A stretch of DNA of 57,573 bases from an uncultured Eubacteriales bacterium (GCA_964369215.1 CAYJEZ010000002.1:1-57573); one strand, 5' to 3'. Numbered from the stretch's first letter, positions 1 to 9,817 are shown. The notes: a model not told the origin generated them from the letters alone. Numbers and translations are program-made.

Positions 1-329
1 AGCTACCTTTTATGGCTACAGAGAACATTATGATGGACGCTGTTAAAAGAGGTGGCGACAGACAAGAACTTCACGAGAAAATAAGAGTTCACTCTCAAGC
101 TGCTGCAAGAGTAGTTAAAGAAGACGGTGGAGAGAACGATTTATTAAGTCGAATTGCTGCTGATGATACATTTGGATTTAGTTTAGACGAGTTAAAATCT
201 CTTTTAAGCCCAGAGAAATATGTAGGCATGGCACCACAGCAAACCGAGAGCTTTATAAACGATGTTGTAAACCCTTTATTAGCTAATTACAACGAAATAC
301 CAGAGGAAAAAGCAGAAATTAACATTTAA
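1..329 (+). CDS. purB: adenylosuccinate lyase, C-terminal fragment (5' end lies outside the window)
   Basis: The reading frame is open from the window edge. The tail (...MMDAVKRGGDRQELHEKIRVHS...EKYVGMAPQQTESFI...) is typical of the PurB C-terminal domain. Confidence 0.8.
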   Translation, partial: LPFMATENIMMDAVKRGGDRQELHEKIRVHSQAAARVVKEDGGENDLLSRIAADDTFGFSLDELKSLLSPEKYVGMAPQQTESFINDVVNPLLANYNEIPEEKAEINI

Positions 330-444
330 TTATGTAAGTTTTCAATCTTTTGAATGTAATAATATTTATTCATTTTATATATTTTGAGGTAAAATATTCA
401 AAGTAGAAATAGAGTAAATTCACTAAAGCATTATCGATTTACTT

Positions 445-521
445 GAAAACCACTAACACCTCTCAAGTTAAAACTCGTATAGCTCAGAGCTTTTTCACTT
501 AATTTCGCTCCATTTTCTAAG
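445..521 (+). repeat. intergenic hairpin repeat, copy A (divergent)
   Basis: The 5' end is GAAAACCACTAACAC and the 3' end is CTTTTTCACTTAATTTCGCTCCATTTTCTAAG. These align to copies B-E. Confidence 0.65.
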
Positions 522-568
522 TTATTTATCCATATAGAAAAATAAAATTTAAATAAAGTTGAACGCAT

Positions 569-600
569 AAAAGTAGCAATGAATTTTCATTGCTACTTTT
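569..600. terminator. bidirectional rho-independent terminator between convergent purB and the peptidase gene
   Basis: AAAA-GTAGCAATG-aatttt-CATTGCTAC-TTTT. Confidence 0.8.
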
Positions 601-646
601 CGTTATAAATATAGTTAGAATACAGCTATGCTACAAATTTAGTTTA

Positions 647-2647
647 TTAGTTAAATGAATAAGACTCTGCTTTTTTAAGGTAATGATTACTGTTAAGCAA
701 AACAGCCATGTCGTCATAATTAATAAGGTCTTTTGAATCTACGCTGAAATCATAATGAAACATCACGTGCAAAGGATTAGAATGAACTTTATTATTGAAA
801 CTAGTTGAATTCCTAATAATTGCAATATCGCTAAAGTTAACTATTCCATCATCGTTTAAGTCTCCTGGAATAAGAGAAATAGTACTTATTTCAGGGTTAT
901 TATGGCTTGTTAACCAAATATCATCATTTGTTATACTTATGTTTTTTATCTCACAAGTCAAGTGAGACAATTTGCTAACTTCCAATCTATAGGTACCTGA
1001 ATTCAATTCTGTAAATTCAAATGGTGTAGTGCTAGAAAGCGTCGGTCCATCAATAGTATAAGGATCCCAGTCGAGTGGAAAACTTATGGTATCTACTACT
1101 TTATTAGCGGAGTCATATAGTGTTAAAGTAGTGCTACTATAAGGCGTGTAGGTCTCTACCACTCCACTTATAGTAAATCCAGGTAATATCGAGAAAAACT
1201 TAATATATTCGCCATTACCACTTGGAGTAAAATTAGAGTGCTCTCCAAAATAAACAGCTGCACCCGGAGCTAAACTAGGAGAAGAAGTATTAGTGTAGTA
1301 TTGTGCTGTTGGTTTTATATTCCAGTCAGAATCTTTAAAAGCATAAGGTCCTTCAGAGTCTTTTTCGGCTAAAGCTATATAAAAGTTCTCTACTAACTTT
1401 GATGTGCTCTCTACACCTAAAACATCTGCTACTATATTAAAGTAAGCTTCATAATCTTTTTGAGCATTACCAGTATAAGGTAAACTAGCTCCCCTTGTAA
1501 TAATTTCTTTAAAAACTTCGTTTGTTTTATCATACTGAGTTGGTAAATACATACCAAGTAAATAAGATAAAGCATAATTGTTTAGGCTACTTTCCCAATC
1601 AGTTAAAGAAACAGAGCCATTTTTTATGTAGCTATTTGTATTAAATGTAGTTACTCGTCCTTGTGAAGTTGCATTGTCAGGCCCATATATAAGGTTAGTA
1701 GAAGCTTCTGAAAAAGCCTCATTCAAAAATGTAGGTTTATAGGTATTAGGTGAATTAACAAAAGCTATAAGGTGTTGAAACTCATGAACTAAAGTTCCAA
1801 AACATTTAGATACAGTTCTATTTGTTGTGTTGCCAGAAGTAAGACCCATGCCATTAACAGAGTCCATATGTATCATGTCCATTTGATTATTATTTATGGA
1901 AGAAAACAAATCTCCTGAATAGAAATAGCCTGAAATGTATGAGCTTGTAGCTGGACCATTTTTTTCAATATCATAGCAAACAATAGCGATTTTTCCGTCT
2001 GAATCTATATCGCTATATTTATATAAGGTGTCAATTGGATCTCCAAAATAGTTAACCATATCATCATACACTCTATCAAATTCGACGCCAATCGTTGTAG
2101 CATCAGAAGAATTAATAGGATAAAGTAAAGTATTTGTCGGAGCCCATACAGTGCAATGGTCACCTACATATAATACCTCAAAATTTTCTGAAGTTGATGA
2201 TGTATTTATGCTTCCACTACTGGTTTTTACCGTAAGTTGTTTAGTATTTCCAACGCTATAAGCGTAAGAAATATCAGCGTCGATTACACTTTGTGATTCT
2301 TCACTGGAAAGTGGAGCAATAATTTCGTCTTGTGGTAGAAAAGACGACGGGTCTATAATACCTTGGCCGTTTTCATCATAACCCATAATGTTTTCTTCTA
2401 TCACAGGCTCAGAGATAGAATAATTATTGTTATCGTCAGAGTTTATTGACGGAAGAGCACCTATTGTGGTTGCTGTTGGGCTAGTATTAAAAAAGTCATC
2501 TTGACTGTTAACAGCAACTAGAGTATCTCCAGTATATGGAGCCTCTAGTTGAACTCCGGCAAACACTATGCTATTTGTTGAAGTTACAAACATTATAAAA
2601 ACGAGTAACAGCGATATCTTTTTTATAAATTTTCTTGTTTTTAACAT
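647..2647 (-). CDS. secreted gluzincin metallopeptidase (M30/hyicolysin-like or thermolysin-like active site) with a C-terminal dockerin
   Basis: An N-terminal signal peptide is present (MLKTRKFIKKISLLLVFIMFVTSTNSIVFAG). The HEFQH motif lies at nt 1772-1786, followed 18 aa later by NEAFSE (compare thermolysin NEAISD). The C-terminus has a dockerin-type Ca-binding repeat, GDLNDDGIVNFSDIAIIRNS, plus a degenerate second repeat. An SD sequence (GAAAGGA) lies upstream. Confidence 0.75.
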   Translation of the reverse strand: MLKTRKFIKKISLLLVFIMFVTSTNSIVFAGVQLEAPYTGDTLVAVNSQDDFFNTSPTATTIGALPSINSDDNNNYSISEPVIEENIMGYDENGQGIIDPSSFLPQDEIIAPLSSEESQSVIDADISYAYSVGNTKQLTVKTSSGSINTSSTSENFEVLYVGDHCTVWAPTNTLLYPINSSDATTIGVEFDRVYDDMVNYFGDPIDTLYKYSDIDSDGKIAIVCYDIEKNGPATSSYISGYFYSGDLFSSINNNQMDMIHMDSVNGMGLTSGNTTNRTVSKCFGTLVHEFQHLIAFVNSPNTYKPTFLNEAFSEASTNLIYGPDNATSQGRVTTFNTNSYIKNGSVSLTDWESSLNNYALSYLLGMYLPTQYDKTNEVFKEIITRGASLPYTGNAQKDYEAYFNIVADVLGVESTSKLVENFYIALAEKDSEGPYAFKDSDWNIKPTAQYYTNTSSPSLAPGAAVYFGEHSNFTPSGNGEYIKFFSILPGFTISGVVETYTPYSSTTLTLYDSANKVVDTISFPLDWDPYTIDGPTLSSTTPFEFTELNSGTYRLEVSKLSHLTCEIKNISITNDDIWLTSHNNPEISTISLIPGDLNDDGIVNFSDIAIIRNSTSFNNKVHSNPLHVMFHYDFSVDSKDLINYDDMAVLLNSNHYLKKAESYSFN

Positions 2648-2817
2648 AAATATAATCCTAATCCTTTCAATAACGGGTAAATATTTATTCTATCTATATC
2701 TAATCATTATATCATAATTAATAAAATTAAACAAGTAAGAAATGTTACGTTTTGTTAATATTCAAAAGTTTTTTAGAATAAAATTTCTCTTTTTATTAGT
2801 AAAAATAAACTAAGGCA

Positions 2818-2846
2818 TTGCAATTGTAAATTATTTAAGCTATACT
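2818..2846 (+). promoter_or_regulatory. sigma-A type promoter for the Nudix-ABC operon
   Basis: TTGCAA-17 nt-TATACT. Confidence 0.6.
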
Positions 2847-2891
2847 ACAAATAATGTTAATAAATTTATATGATTTATAAGGAGATTTGAC

Positions 2892-3359
2892 ATGAGTATA
2901 CGAAATGCTGTTAGGGCAATAGTTGTAAAAAACAATAAAATTTTACTTAATAAGTGTAAATCTGAAGCCGATAATTGCGTTTACTACATTCTTCCCGGTG
3001 GAGGACAAAACATATATGAGAGCATGGAGGAAGCTGTTGTTAGAGAGATAAAAGAGGAGACAGGTTGGTCTGTAAAAGCTCTTAGAATTGTAGCTTTAGG
3101 AGAGCTGATATTTACCGACAAAAACTACAGAGAAGAACATCCGAATTATAGCCACAGATTATTCGTTTATTTTATTTGTGAGTTAGCTAGTGATATAAGA
3201 GAAAATGCAAGTGAATTAGACTTTGAGCAAGAAGGCAGCGTGTGGGTTGATATTAATGAGGTTGACAATTTAAATTTTGAAAGTGCATTGACCGAGGGAA
3301 AGCTTGTTGAGATTATTAATTCTAAAGAGATACTTAACCTTGGTACAGTGTATAAGTGA
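2892..3359 (+). CDS. NUDIX hydrolase
   Basis: Nudix box GGGQNIYESMEEAVVREIKEETG. An AAGGAG SD lies 7 nt upstream of the ATG. Confidence 0.85.
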   Translation: MSIRNAVRAIVVKNNKILLNKCKSEADNCVYYILPGGGQNIYESMEEAVVREIKEETGWSVKALRIVALGELIFTDKNYREEHPNYSHRLFVYFICELASDIRENASELDFEQEGSVWVDINEVDNLNFESALTEGKLVEIINSKEILNLGTVYK

Positions 3360-3366
3360 GGAAAGT

Positions 3367-4206
3367 ATGAGTATTATAGAAATTAAAAATTTTGTAAAAA
3401 CTTACGGGGATTTTACTGCAGTTAAAAATATAGATTTAAGTGTTGAAAAAGGGTTGATAGTTGGATTTGTAGGAAAAAACGGCGCAGGAAAGAGCACTAC
3501 GCTCAGAACAATGTTAAATATGCTTAACCCTACAAGCGGAAAAATTAGTGTTTTAGGTTTAGACAGTCAAAAAGACACAAAAAAAATAAAGACTATGGTA
3601 AGTTATATTCCAAGTGAGTCTTCATTTTATGAAAACATTAGCTGCGAAAAACTGCTTAATTTTGCTATGCAATTTACTAATACATCTAAAGAAGAAATTA
3701 AGAAGCTTGCCGATTATTTCGAACTCGACTTAACAAAAAAAATAAACGAGTTGAGTTTTGGTAACAGAAAAAAACTCTCGTTAATACAAGGTTTTATAAA
3801 AAGTGCTGAGTTAATTGTGCTTGACGAACCAACAAATGGCCTAGACCCACTTATGCAGAATAAATTTTTTGAGCTGTTACTTAGTGAAAAATCTAAAGGA
3901 AAAACTGTGTTTTTATCGAGCCATAATTTAACTGAAATAGAGAAATATTGCGATAAGGTTGCTATTATAAAAGACGGCGAGATTGTAGATTATTTTGACA
4001 TGAAAGACGTAAAAATAAAGCATAAACAAGTGGTAAGCTATATGACTCAAGACGGAGTAAACAAGACTTATGAAATTGACGAAGATATCAACTTGCTTAT
4101 TAAAAAGCTGTCTAAGATTAATCTAATAAGCTTAGAAATTAAGACAAAAACCGTAGAAGAAGAATTTATTTCATACTATAAAAATGATGAGGAAGGAGTT
4201 GTGTAA
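3367..4206 (+). CDS. ABC transporter ATP-binding protein
   Basis: Walker A GKNGAGKST, signature LSFGNRKK and Walker B LIVLDEP are present. I moved the start to ATG 3367 (MSIIEIKNF...), because the track ORF begins inside the upstream Nudix gene. Confidence 0.9.
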   Translation: MSIIEIKNFVKTYGDFTAVKNIDLSVEKGLIVGFVGKNGAGKSTTLRTMLNMLNPTSGKISVLGLDSQKDTKKIKTMVSYIPSESSFYENISCEKLLNFAMQFTNTSKEEIKKLADYFELDLTKKINELSFGNRKKLSLIQGFIKSAELIVLDEPTNGLDPLMQNKFFELLLSEKSKGKTVFLSSHNLTEIEKYCDKVAIIKDGEIVDYFDMKDVKIKHKQVVSYMTQDGVNKTYEIDEDINLLIKKLSKINLISLEIKTKTVEEEFISYYKNDEEGVV

Positions 4207-4208
4207 TA

Positions 4209-5027
4209 GTGAAAAACGTTGATTTTTCTAATATACTAAAGCTATGTAAGTTTAATTTAACAATAACAAAAAAGTCTATAATTGGTTGGACTATAGCTAT
4301 TTTTTCAATTATGACTCTTTATATGATTATGTTCTCGTCTATTCAAGATTTAGCTCAGGCTAAATTTGATGCAATGCCTAAAGAGCTTATGCAGTTTGTA
4401 GGTATGGAAGATATGTCTGACATGTCTGATTACACTACTTATTTTGGTATGATATATAATTTAATTTTAGTTGCGGTATCTATTTTTGCGGCTACTTATT
4501 CAGCAGGTTTAATTACAAAAGAAGAAAAAACAAAGTCTATTGAATTTTTAAATTCACTTGCAGTAAGCAAAACAGAGATTTATATATCAAAATATTTGAC
4601 CTCTACTGTTGCAGTAGCAATAGTGTTAACTGGTGCAATACTTGCAGCAATTGCTTGTGGCTTTATTAATGGCGGAGAAAGTTTTAGCCTAGCAGACATT
4701 ATTTCTTCTGCTAAAATAACCAGTTTTAGCGCTCTAATTTTTGGCAGTATAGGTTTAATGCTTGCAGGAATTAACTCAAAAATAGGAACGGGTGCAGTAG
4801 CGTCTTCAGTTGTTTTAGCAAGCTATATGCTAGGTTATTTAGGCGAACTTCTAGGAGAAAATGGTGAATTTCTATTGAATTTCTCCCCTTTCATTACTTT
4901 AAATGTAAATGATGTTATTGCTTTTAACGAGCAACTAATATATATTTTATTTATATATATTTTAGTATATACTGTTGCTATATTATTAGGTGGAGTTATA
5001 TATAGAAAGAGAGATTTATATATATAA
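4209..5027 (+). CDS. ABC-2 type transporter permease
   Basis: The protein is polytopic and hydrophobic (about 6 TM segments). Its GTG start lies 2 nt after the ATPase stop, and a GGAAGGAG SD lies upstream. Confidence 0.75.
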   Translation: MKNVDFSNILKLCKFNLTITKKSIIGWTIAIFSIMTLYMIMFSSIQDLAQAKFDAMPKELMQFVGMEDMSDMSDYTTYFGMIYNLILVAVSIFAATYSAGLITKEEKTKSIEFLNSLAVSKTEIYISKYLTSTVAVAIVLTGAILAAIACGFINGGESFSLADIISSAKITSFSALIFGSIGLMLAGINSKIGTGAVASSVVLASYMLGYLGELLGENGEFLLNFSPFITLNVNDVIAFNEQLIYILFIYILVYTVAILLGGVIYRKRDLYI

Positions 5028-5136
5028 ATAAGTTTTATGCATAATATATGATAGTGCATGTTATAAATAAACAACTATATCGATAAAATTTTATTGATAT
5101 TTTTATATTTATTGCGTCGAAAAATGTTGAAATATA

Positions 5137-5145
5137 TGCTATAAT
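5137..5145 (+). promoter_or_regulatory. extended -10 promoter element upstream of the GGDEF-EAL gene
   Basis: TGcTATAAT. I saw no clear -35 element. Confidence 0.4.
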
Positions 5146-5191
5146 TAATTTACAATACTTAGTTTTATATACCTATACTAATAAAAGGTAG

Positions 5192-7408
5192 GTGGATGTA
5201 ATAAATAAGTTATCACATTCAGATATTAAAGTGGCTGCTATTTTTATAGGAATAGCTTTTGTTGCTATGACTGTATTATCGATTTGGTTCGACTATTTAC
5301 TGGGCAATGAGCTACAGCTTTCAATTAATAATGAGCTTGAGAGTTTATCTACACAACAACAGATTATTATTCAAAATCAGAATTTTACAAATATTAACAG
5401 TCTTTCAATAATGGCAACTGCTATTTCTGAAGGGCATGTTAAAGTTGATGATATTGAAGATTACCTAAAATCACAGAAATCAATATTAGGATTTAATGAA
5501 GTGTATTATGTTAATTTAGATGGCGAAGGAGTTTCATGCGAAGGTAAGAGAGTGAACTTTTCTGACAATGAAGCGTATATTAATGCTATTGAGAGCGGGG
5601 AGCATTACTCATCAATAACTGGAGACGCAACAACAAATAACGGTATTATGGATATAGCGTATCCTATAAATGTTAACGGTAAGGTGCAAGGAGTTTTGCT
5701 TGGTAAAAATGATATTAAAGGAGTTATTGATCAACTTATTACTGTTGTAGGAGAAAATGGGTATATTGTAATTACTAATTCTGAAGGAAAAGATTTAGTT
5801 ACCTCTGATGATGACTATGTCCCTTTTTCCTATTTGTCTGAATCTAATGTTGTTTTAGGTGAAGGTGAATCTATAACAAAAGTACAGCAAGATTTAGCTG
5901 AGGGTGTTGGTGGAAAGCTAACTTTTACAATATTAGGGGTTACCAGAATAGCTCAGTATACACCTTTAGGATTTGGTGGATTGAACGTAGTAATTGTTCT
6001 TGACGAAACAAGTTTTGAGAGCGGAATAAAAGAGATAACAAGTATTGTTGACGTTATTAGCTTTTGGATAATGTTTGTTTTTGTAGGGTTTATATTGCAT
6101 ACTTGGAACGTTCAAAGAAGAAGCATAAAAAAGATTGAAGAAGCAGCCTATATTGACAAACTTACTAATTTACCTAACTTAGCAAAATTAAAAAAAGACT
6201 TAAGTTATATTCTTAACGAAAATAAAGATAAGCAATATACTATAATAAAGGTAGACGTGAAGAACTTTAAGTCTATAAACGAGATATATGGTTTTGATAT
6301 AGGAAATAAATTTTTGCAGGTGTTCAAATCAATTAGTGAAACAGCACCTGAAAAATCTTTGATAGTAGCAAGAATTGGTATTGACGAGTTTATTTTCTTC
6401 TCAGGTAATGGTTTTTTAGACACTTTAGAAGAGTCTACAGCACATTACGAGTCTTTCTTTAAAATGATTATTCCTGAGCTTAAAGATCATCATCTTGCCT
6501 TTAGTTATGGGCGATATAAAATTACACTAGGTGAAACAGATATAGACGAAATAATTAATAAAGTAAGTCTTGCACATACTATGTCTAAAGAAAAGAAGAA
6601 CAGTGCAATTTATGACTATGATGACGATTATAAACAAAAAGTGTTAGTTCAAACAACAATTATTAACAAGATGAAAAAAGCCTTACAAAACAATGAGTTT
6701 GTGGCGTTTTTACAGCCAAAAGTTAATTTGAATACATATAAACTTGTTGGAGCTGAGGCATTAGTAAGATGGATAGAATCCGATGGTAAAATAATATTTC
6801 CAAATGAATTTATTCCTGTATTTGAGAGCAATGGATTTATTGTTGAACTAGATAAGTTTATTTTAGAATGTGTGTGTAAGTCACTTAGTAAATGGAGAAC
6901 TGAAGGAAAAGCATGTTACCCTATTTCAGTTAATTTTTCAAGACTACACCTAGAAAAATTTAATTTTATTGAAGATATAAAGCAGATAGTAGATAAATAT
7001 GAAGTACCCCATGAGCTGATTGAAATAGAAATAACAGAGACTACTGTATTGCAAAATGAAGCAGTTTTAGGAAAATTTATTGATGATTTGCACAATGAAA
7101 AATTTACAATATCAATTGATGATTTTGGTGCAGGCTATTCTTCTTTAGGATTATTAAAAGATTTTAAATTTAATACTTTAAAACTAGACAGAAGCTTTTT
7201 AAGCAACACAAAAGACAATAAACGTGGAGAAATAGTAATAGAGGGAATAGTAAACCTAGCACATTCTTTGAATTTAGACCTAATTGCTGAAGGCATAGAA
7301 GATGAACCCCAAATAGAATTTTTACGTTCTATAAATTGCCAAGCAGCACAGGGTTACTATTTTGCTAAACCTATGCCTATAATTGATTTTGAAAAACAAT
7401 ATATATAA
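5192..7408 (+). CDS. membrane c-di-GMP signalling protein: Cache-like sensor, degenerate GGDEF domain, EAL phosphodiesterase domain
   Basis: An N-terminal TM segment, a periplasmic Cache-like region and a second TM segment come first. The GGDEF site reads RIGIDEF (nt 6371-6391). The EAL domain has EALVRW (EAL at nt 6755-6763), DDFGAGYSSL and EGIEDE. The GTG start is uncertain. Confidence 0.85.
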   Translation: MDVINKLSHSDIKVAAIFIGIAFVAMTVLSIWFDYLLGNELQLSINNELESLSTQQQIIIQNQNFTNINSLSIMATAISEGHVKVDDIEDYLKSQKSILGFNEVYYVNLDGEGVSCEGKRVNFSDNEAYINAIESGEHYSSITGDATTNNGIMDIAYPINVNGKVQGVLLGKNDIKGVIDQLITVVGENGYIVITNSEGKDLVTSDDDYVPFSYLSESNVVLGEGESITKVQQDLAEGVGGKLTFTILGVTRIAQYTPLGFGGLNVVIVLDETSFESGIKEITSIVDVISFWIMFVFVGFILHTWNVQRRSIKKIEEAAYIDKLTNLPNLAKLKKDLSYILNENKDKQYTIIKVDVKNFKSINEIYGFDIGNKFLQVFKSISETAPEKSLIVARIGIDEFIFFSGNGFLDTLEESTAHYESFFKMIIPELKDHHLAFSYGRYKITLGETDIDEIINKVSLAHTMSKEKKNSAIYDYDDDYKQKVLVQTTIINKMKKALQNNEFVAFLQPKVNLNTYKLVGAEALVRWIESDGKIIFPNEFIPVFESNGFIVELDKFILECVCKSLSKWRTEGKACYPISVNFSRLHLEKFNFIEDIKQIVDKYEVPHELIEIEITETTVLQNEAVLGKFIDDLHNEKFTISIDDFGAGYSSLGLLKDFKFNTLKLDRSFLSNTKDNKRGEIVIEGIVNLAHSLNLDLIAEGIEDEPQIEFLRSINCQAAQGYYFAKPMPIIDFEKQYI

Positions 7409-7544
7409 TCAATTAAATTAAATAGCTGTATAAATCGTAGAGCAGCACTATTTTAATAGCACACTAAGTTTTTCAGGACCTACCTAATACGGATACTGAT
7501 GAAGAAACATTTGGACCATGGGATAAAATCAAACTGAACACTAG

Positions 7545-7578
7545 AAAAGTCAGCTCAATTTAAAGTGCTGACTTTTTG
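7545..7578 (+). terminator. rho-independent terminator
   Basis: AAAAGTCAGC-(12 nt loop)-GCTGACTTTTT. It lies about 140 nt downstream of the GGDEF-EAL stop. Confidence 0.65.
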
Positions 7579-7885
7579 TGTTACACAATATACCCTAAAA
7601 GTGTCTACGAACTCATAACAAACATTTACCTGAAACTTCGGCATCATAACTCATGGTTTTTTCTCATTTATTATTTTTTTGGCTTTGTTAAGTTAATATG
7701 AAAATAATCTTTATATTTCTTTTTCCTTTCAAATTAAATAAATTTATAATGCATTTATAATTAATTCTTGAAAAAGCCATCATAACATCTGTGTATTTTA
7801 GCTTTTCTTAGATTGTAATTTGTAGTGTGTGACTTGCGTTCTTCTTTGCTTGAAATATGTTTAAAATCAAGCAGTTTCAATCTAC

Positions 7886-7924
7886 AAAAAAATCACCTCA
7901 CAAATCATTGTAAGGTGATTTTAT
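7886..7924. terminator. bidirectional terminator (ends the AraC-GNAT operon on the minus strand)
   Basis: AAAAAAA-TCACCT-cacaaatcattgta-AGGTGA-TTTT. Confidence 0.75.
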
Positions 7925-8014
7925 AATATAAACTTTTAAAAAATACAGTAATAATATTTTTTCCTGTTATGCTTTCGACTGAAATTATTGTATATGAGAA
8001 ATATTCTATCTGTT

Positions 8015-8575
8015 TCAGTCGGTAAATAATTTAGAATACAAATAACAGTCAGATAAACCGGAGGATATATTAAAGCTATGTCTTAACAATCCCTCTCGCA
8101 TAAACCCATTTTTCTCTAATGCCTTCCATGATGCTATGTTATCAACATGAACAGTGGCATAAATTCTTTCTAATCCAAGATATGAAAAACCAAACTGAAT
8201 TACAGGCAAAATACAGGCTGAAATAATGCCCTTTTTCCAACTTTTTTCACCTAAAAAATAACCTATATTAGCAATTTTATTGTTGGCTTCAAAGTTACTT
8301 AAATGAATTCTACCTAAAGGCTTGTCATTTTTGTCGGTTATAGTCCAAACATATTCTCGCGCTTTTTCAAACGCTTTTATTTGATTTAATAGTATTACCG
8401 AAACTTTTTCACGGGTTATGTTTTCAGAAGCTCCCTCGTAATATTTAAATGCACTATAATTTTTGTATATATTAAAATAACTCTCTAAATCCTTTTCTAC
8501 ATCAACTTGACGTAAAAACAAATCATTATTTACAGTTATATTCTCAAAGTCTGCAAACTTATTTTTAAAAGCCAT
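8015..8575 (-). CDS. GNAT family N-acetyltransferase (RimJ/RimL-like)
   Basis: The acetyl-CoA fold motifs are present (GYFLGEKSWKKGI..., ASWKALEKNGFMREG). I set the start at ATG 8575, which follows an AAGAGGTG SD. Confidence 0.8.
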   Translation of the reverse strand: MAFKNKFADFENITVNNDLFLRQVDVEKDLESYFNIYKNYSAFKYYEGASENITREKVSVILLNQIKAFEKAREYVWTITDKNDKPLGRIHLSNFEANNKIANIGYFLGEKSWKKGIISACILPVIQFGFSYLGLERIYATVHVDNIASWKALEKNGFMREGLLRHSFNISSGLSDCYLYSKLFTD

Positions 8576-8588
8576 AAATCCCACCTCT

Positions 8589-9476
8589 TTAATCTGTTAA
8601 TTTCTTAATAGGTATATATAAGTCAATTTGAGAACAAGATGATTGACAATCCCAACGTTCATCATAATATTCAAAATCGGCACATATCTCATCAAACAAG
8701 CAATATTCAGAGTTTGGCAACCATACATCATATATATAACGAAATGCAGCACCAATTTCTCCATTAGAATTATTACCATTAACCGTAAAAACTGCATACA
8801 AAGATTTGGGAATTTTCTTTACATGCATCTCTGGGTGAATATTTAAAACGCTATTCACTTCAACCGCTGCCATATAGTAAAAAGCCAATGGACTAGAACA
8901 GAAATCTTCTGAATAATCTTCAAAACCATACATCGTATTTACATCACTTCGGTCAAGACTATTCATAATTGCTTTAAGTTCTCCCCATACTTCTCCTATA
9001 ACATGCCAACCATTTTTTGTATGTTTCCGATATCCTGCAAGAATAAATGCTTCTTTTTCTACAAATTTAGGTTCCATAATATACTCTCCTATAAAATTAA
9101 CTCTTTTTATATAACTGGTAATAATAGTCTCAACACTTTTAAAGTCAATTTTCAGTTGTTTTTTTCTTGCTATAGATGGAAGTGTACCAAAAGTATTTTT
9201 AAATTGTCGGTTAAATGTCTGTATACTACTAAACCCAGATTCAAAGCATATTTCTGTTATAGTTTTATTAGTCTCGCTTAAGCTGATAAATGCCGTTTGA
9301 AGCCTACGTCTATTTATATAATCAGTTATTGTTTGACCGGTAACTGCAGAAAAAATTCTATGAAAATGAAATGATGAATAATTAAATTTACTAGCTACAG
9401 TTTCATAAGTATCTATTTCTGACAAATGCGAGTCAATATATAACAATACACTTTCAATTAACTTTAAGTTGTTCAT
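8589..9476 (-). CDS. AraC family transcriptional regulator with a GyrI-like effector-binding domain
   Basis: The N-terminus carries an AraC double HTH (FHFHRIFSAVTGQTITDYINRRRL...ITEICFESGFSSIQTFNRQFKNTFG). The C-terminus is a GyrI-like domain. An AAGGGGGAG SD lies upstream. Confidence 0.85.
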   Translation of the reverse strand: MNNLKLIESVLLYIDSHLSEIDTYETVASKFNYSSFHFHRIFSAVTGQTITDYINRRRLQTAFISLSETNKTITEICFESGFSSIQTFNRQFKNTFGTLPSIARKKQLKIDFKSVETIITSYIKRVNFIGEYIMEPKFVEKEAFILAGYRKHTKNGWHVIGEVWGELKAIMNSLDRSDVNTMYGFEDYSEDFCSSPLAFYYMAAVEVNSVLNIHPEMHVKKIPKSLYAVFTVNGNNSNGEIGAAFRYIYDVWLPNSEYCLFDEICADFEYYDERWDCQSSCSQIDLYIPIKKLTD

Positions 9477-9817
9477 TATATCTCCCCCTTTTGTAATAAG
9501 TATATACTAAATTCAAAATATCGTATTATCATTTCTTGCTTGTAATATAATTTAATATAATCTTTAATACTATTATACTTGAATAAAATTATAACGCAAT
9601 AAATTAGAGATAAAAAATAATTGTAACAGTAAAATATATTAAACGATAAAACGTATAAAGTATAATCAAAACTCTTACGTCTCAATTTTAACATCGCTTT
9701 TTATCCATATTCAGTTTATTTATATAAAGCCTCTTTACAACAGCTGTATATTTATTCGTTTTTTAATTAAAAGCGGTTAGTGATTTTAGCTTGATTTACT
9801 ATATTTTAATTATTATC

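Noticed and set aside
7761-7880. A possible 39-codon basic ORF on the minus strand (LKLLDFKHISSKEERKSHTTNYNLRKAKIHRCYDGFFKN).
   Set aside because: It has a TTG start whose only SD-like sequence forms part of the terminator stem 12 nt away, and I recognised no family. I treat it as a possible gene remnant and discuss it under the 7409-8014 finding.
9476-9694. A 72-aa ORF lies upstream of the AraC regulator gene.
   Set aside because: It lies in AT-rich promoter DNA. Its composition (Tyr/Ile/Leu/Phe/Lys) reflects AT bias, and it has no SD sequence. It is most likely non-coding.
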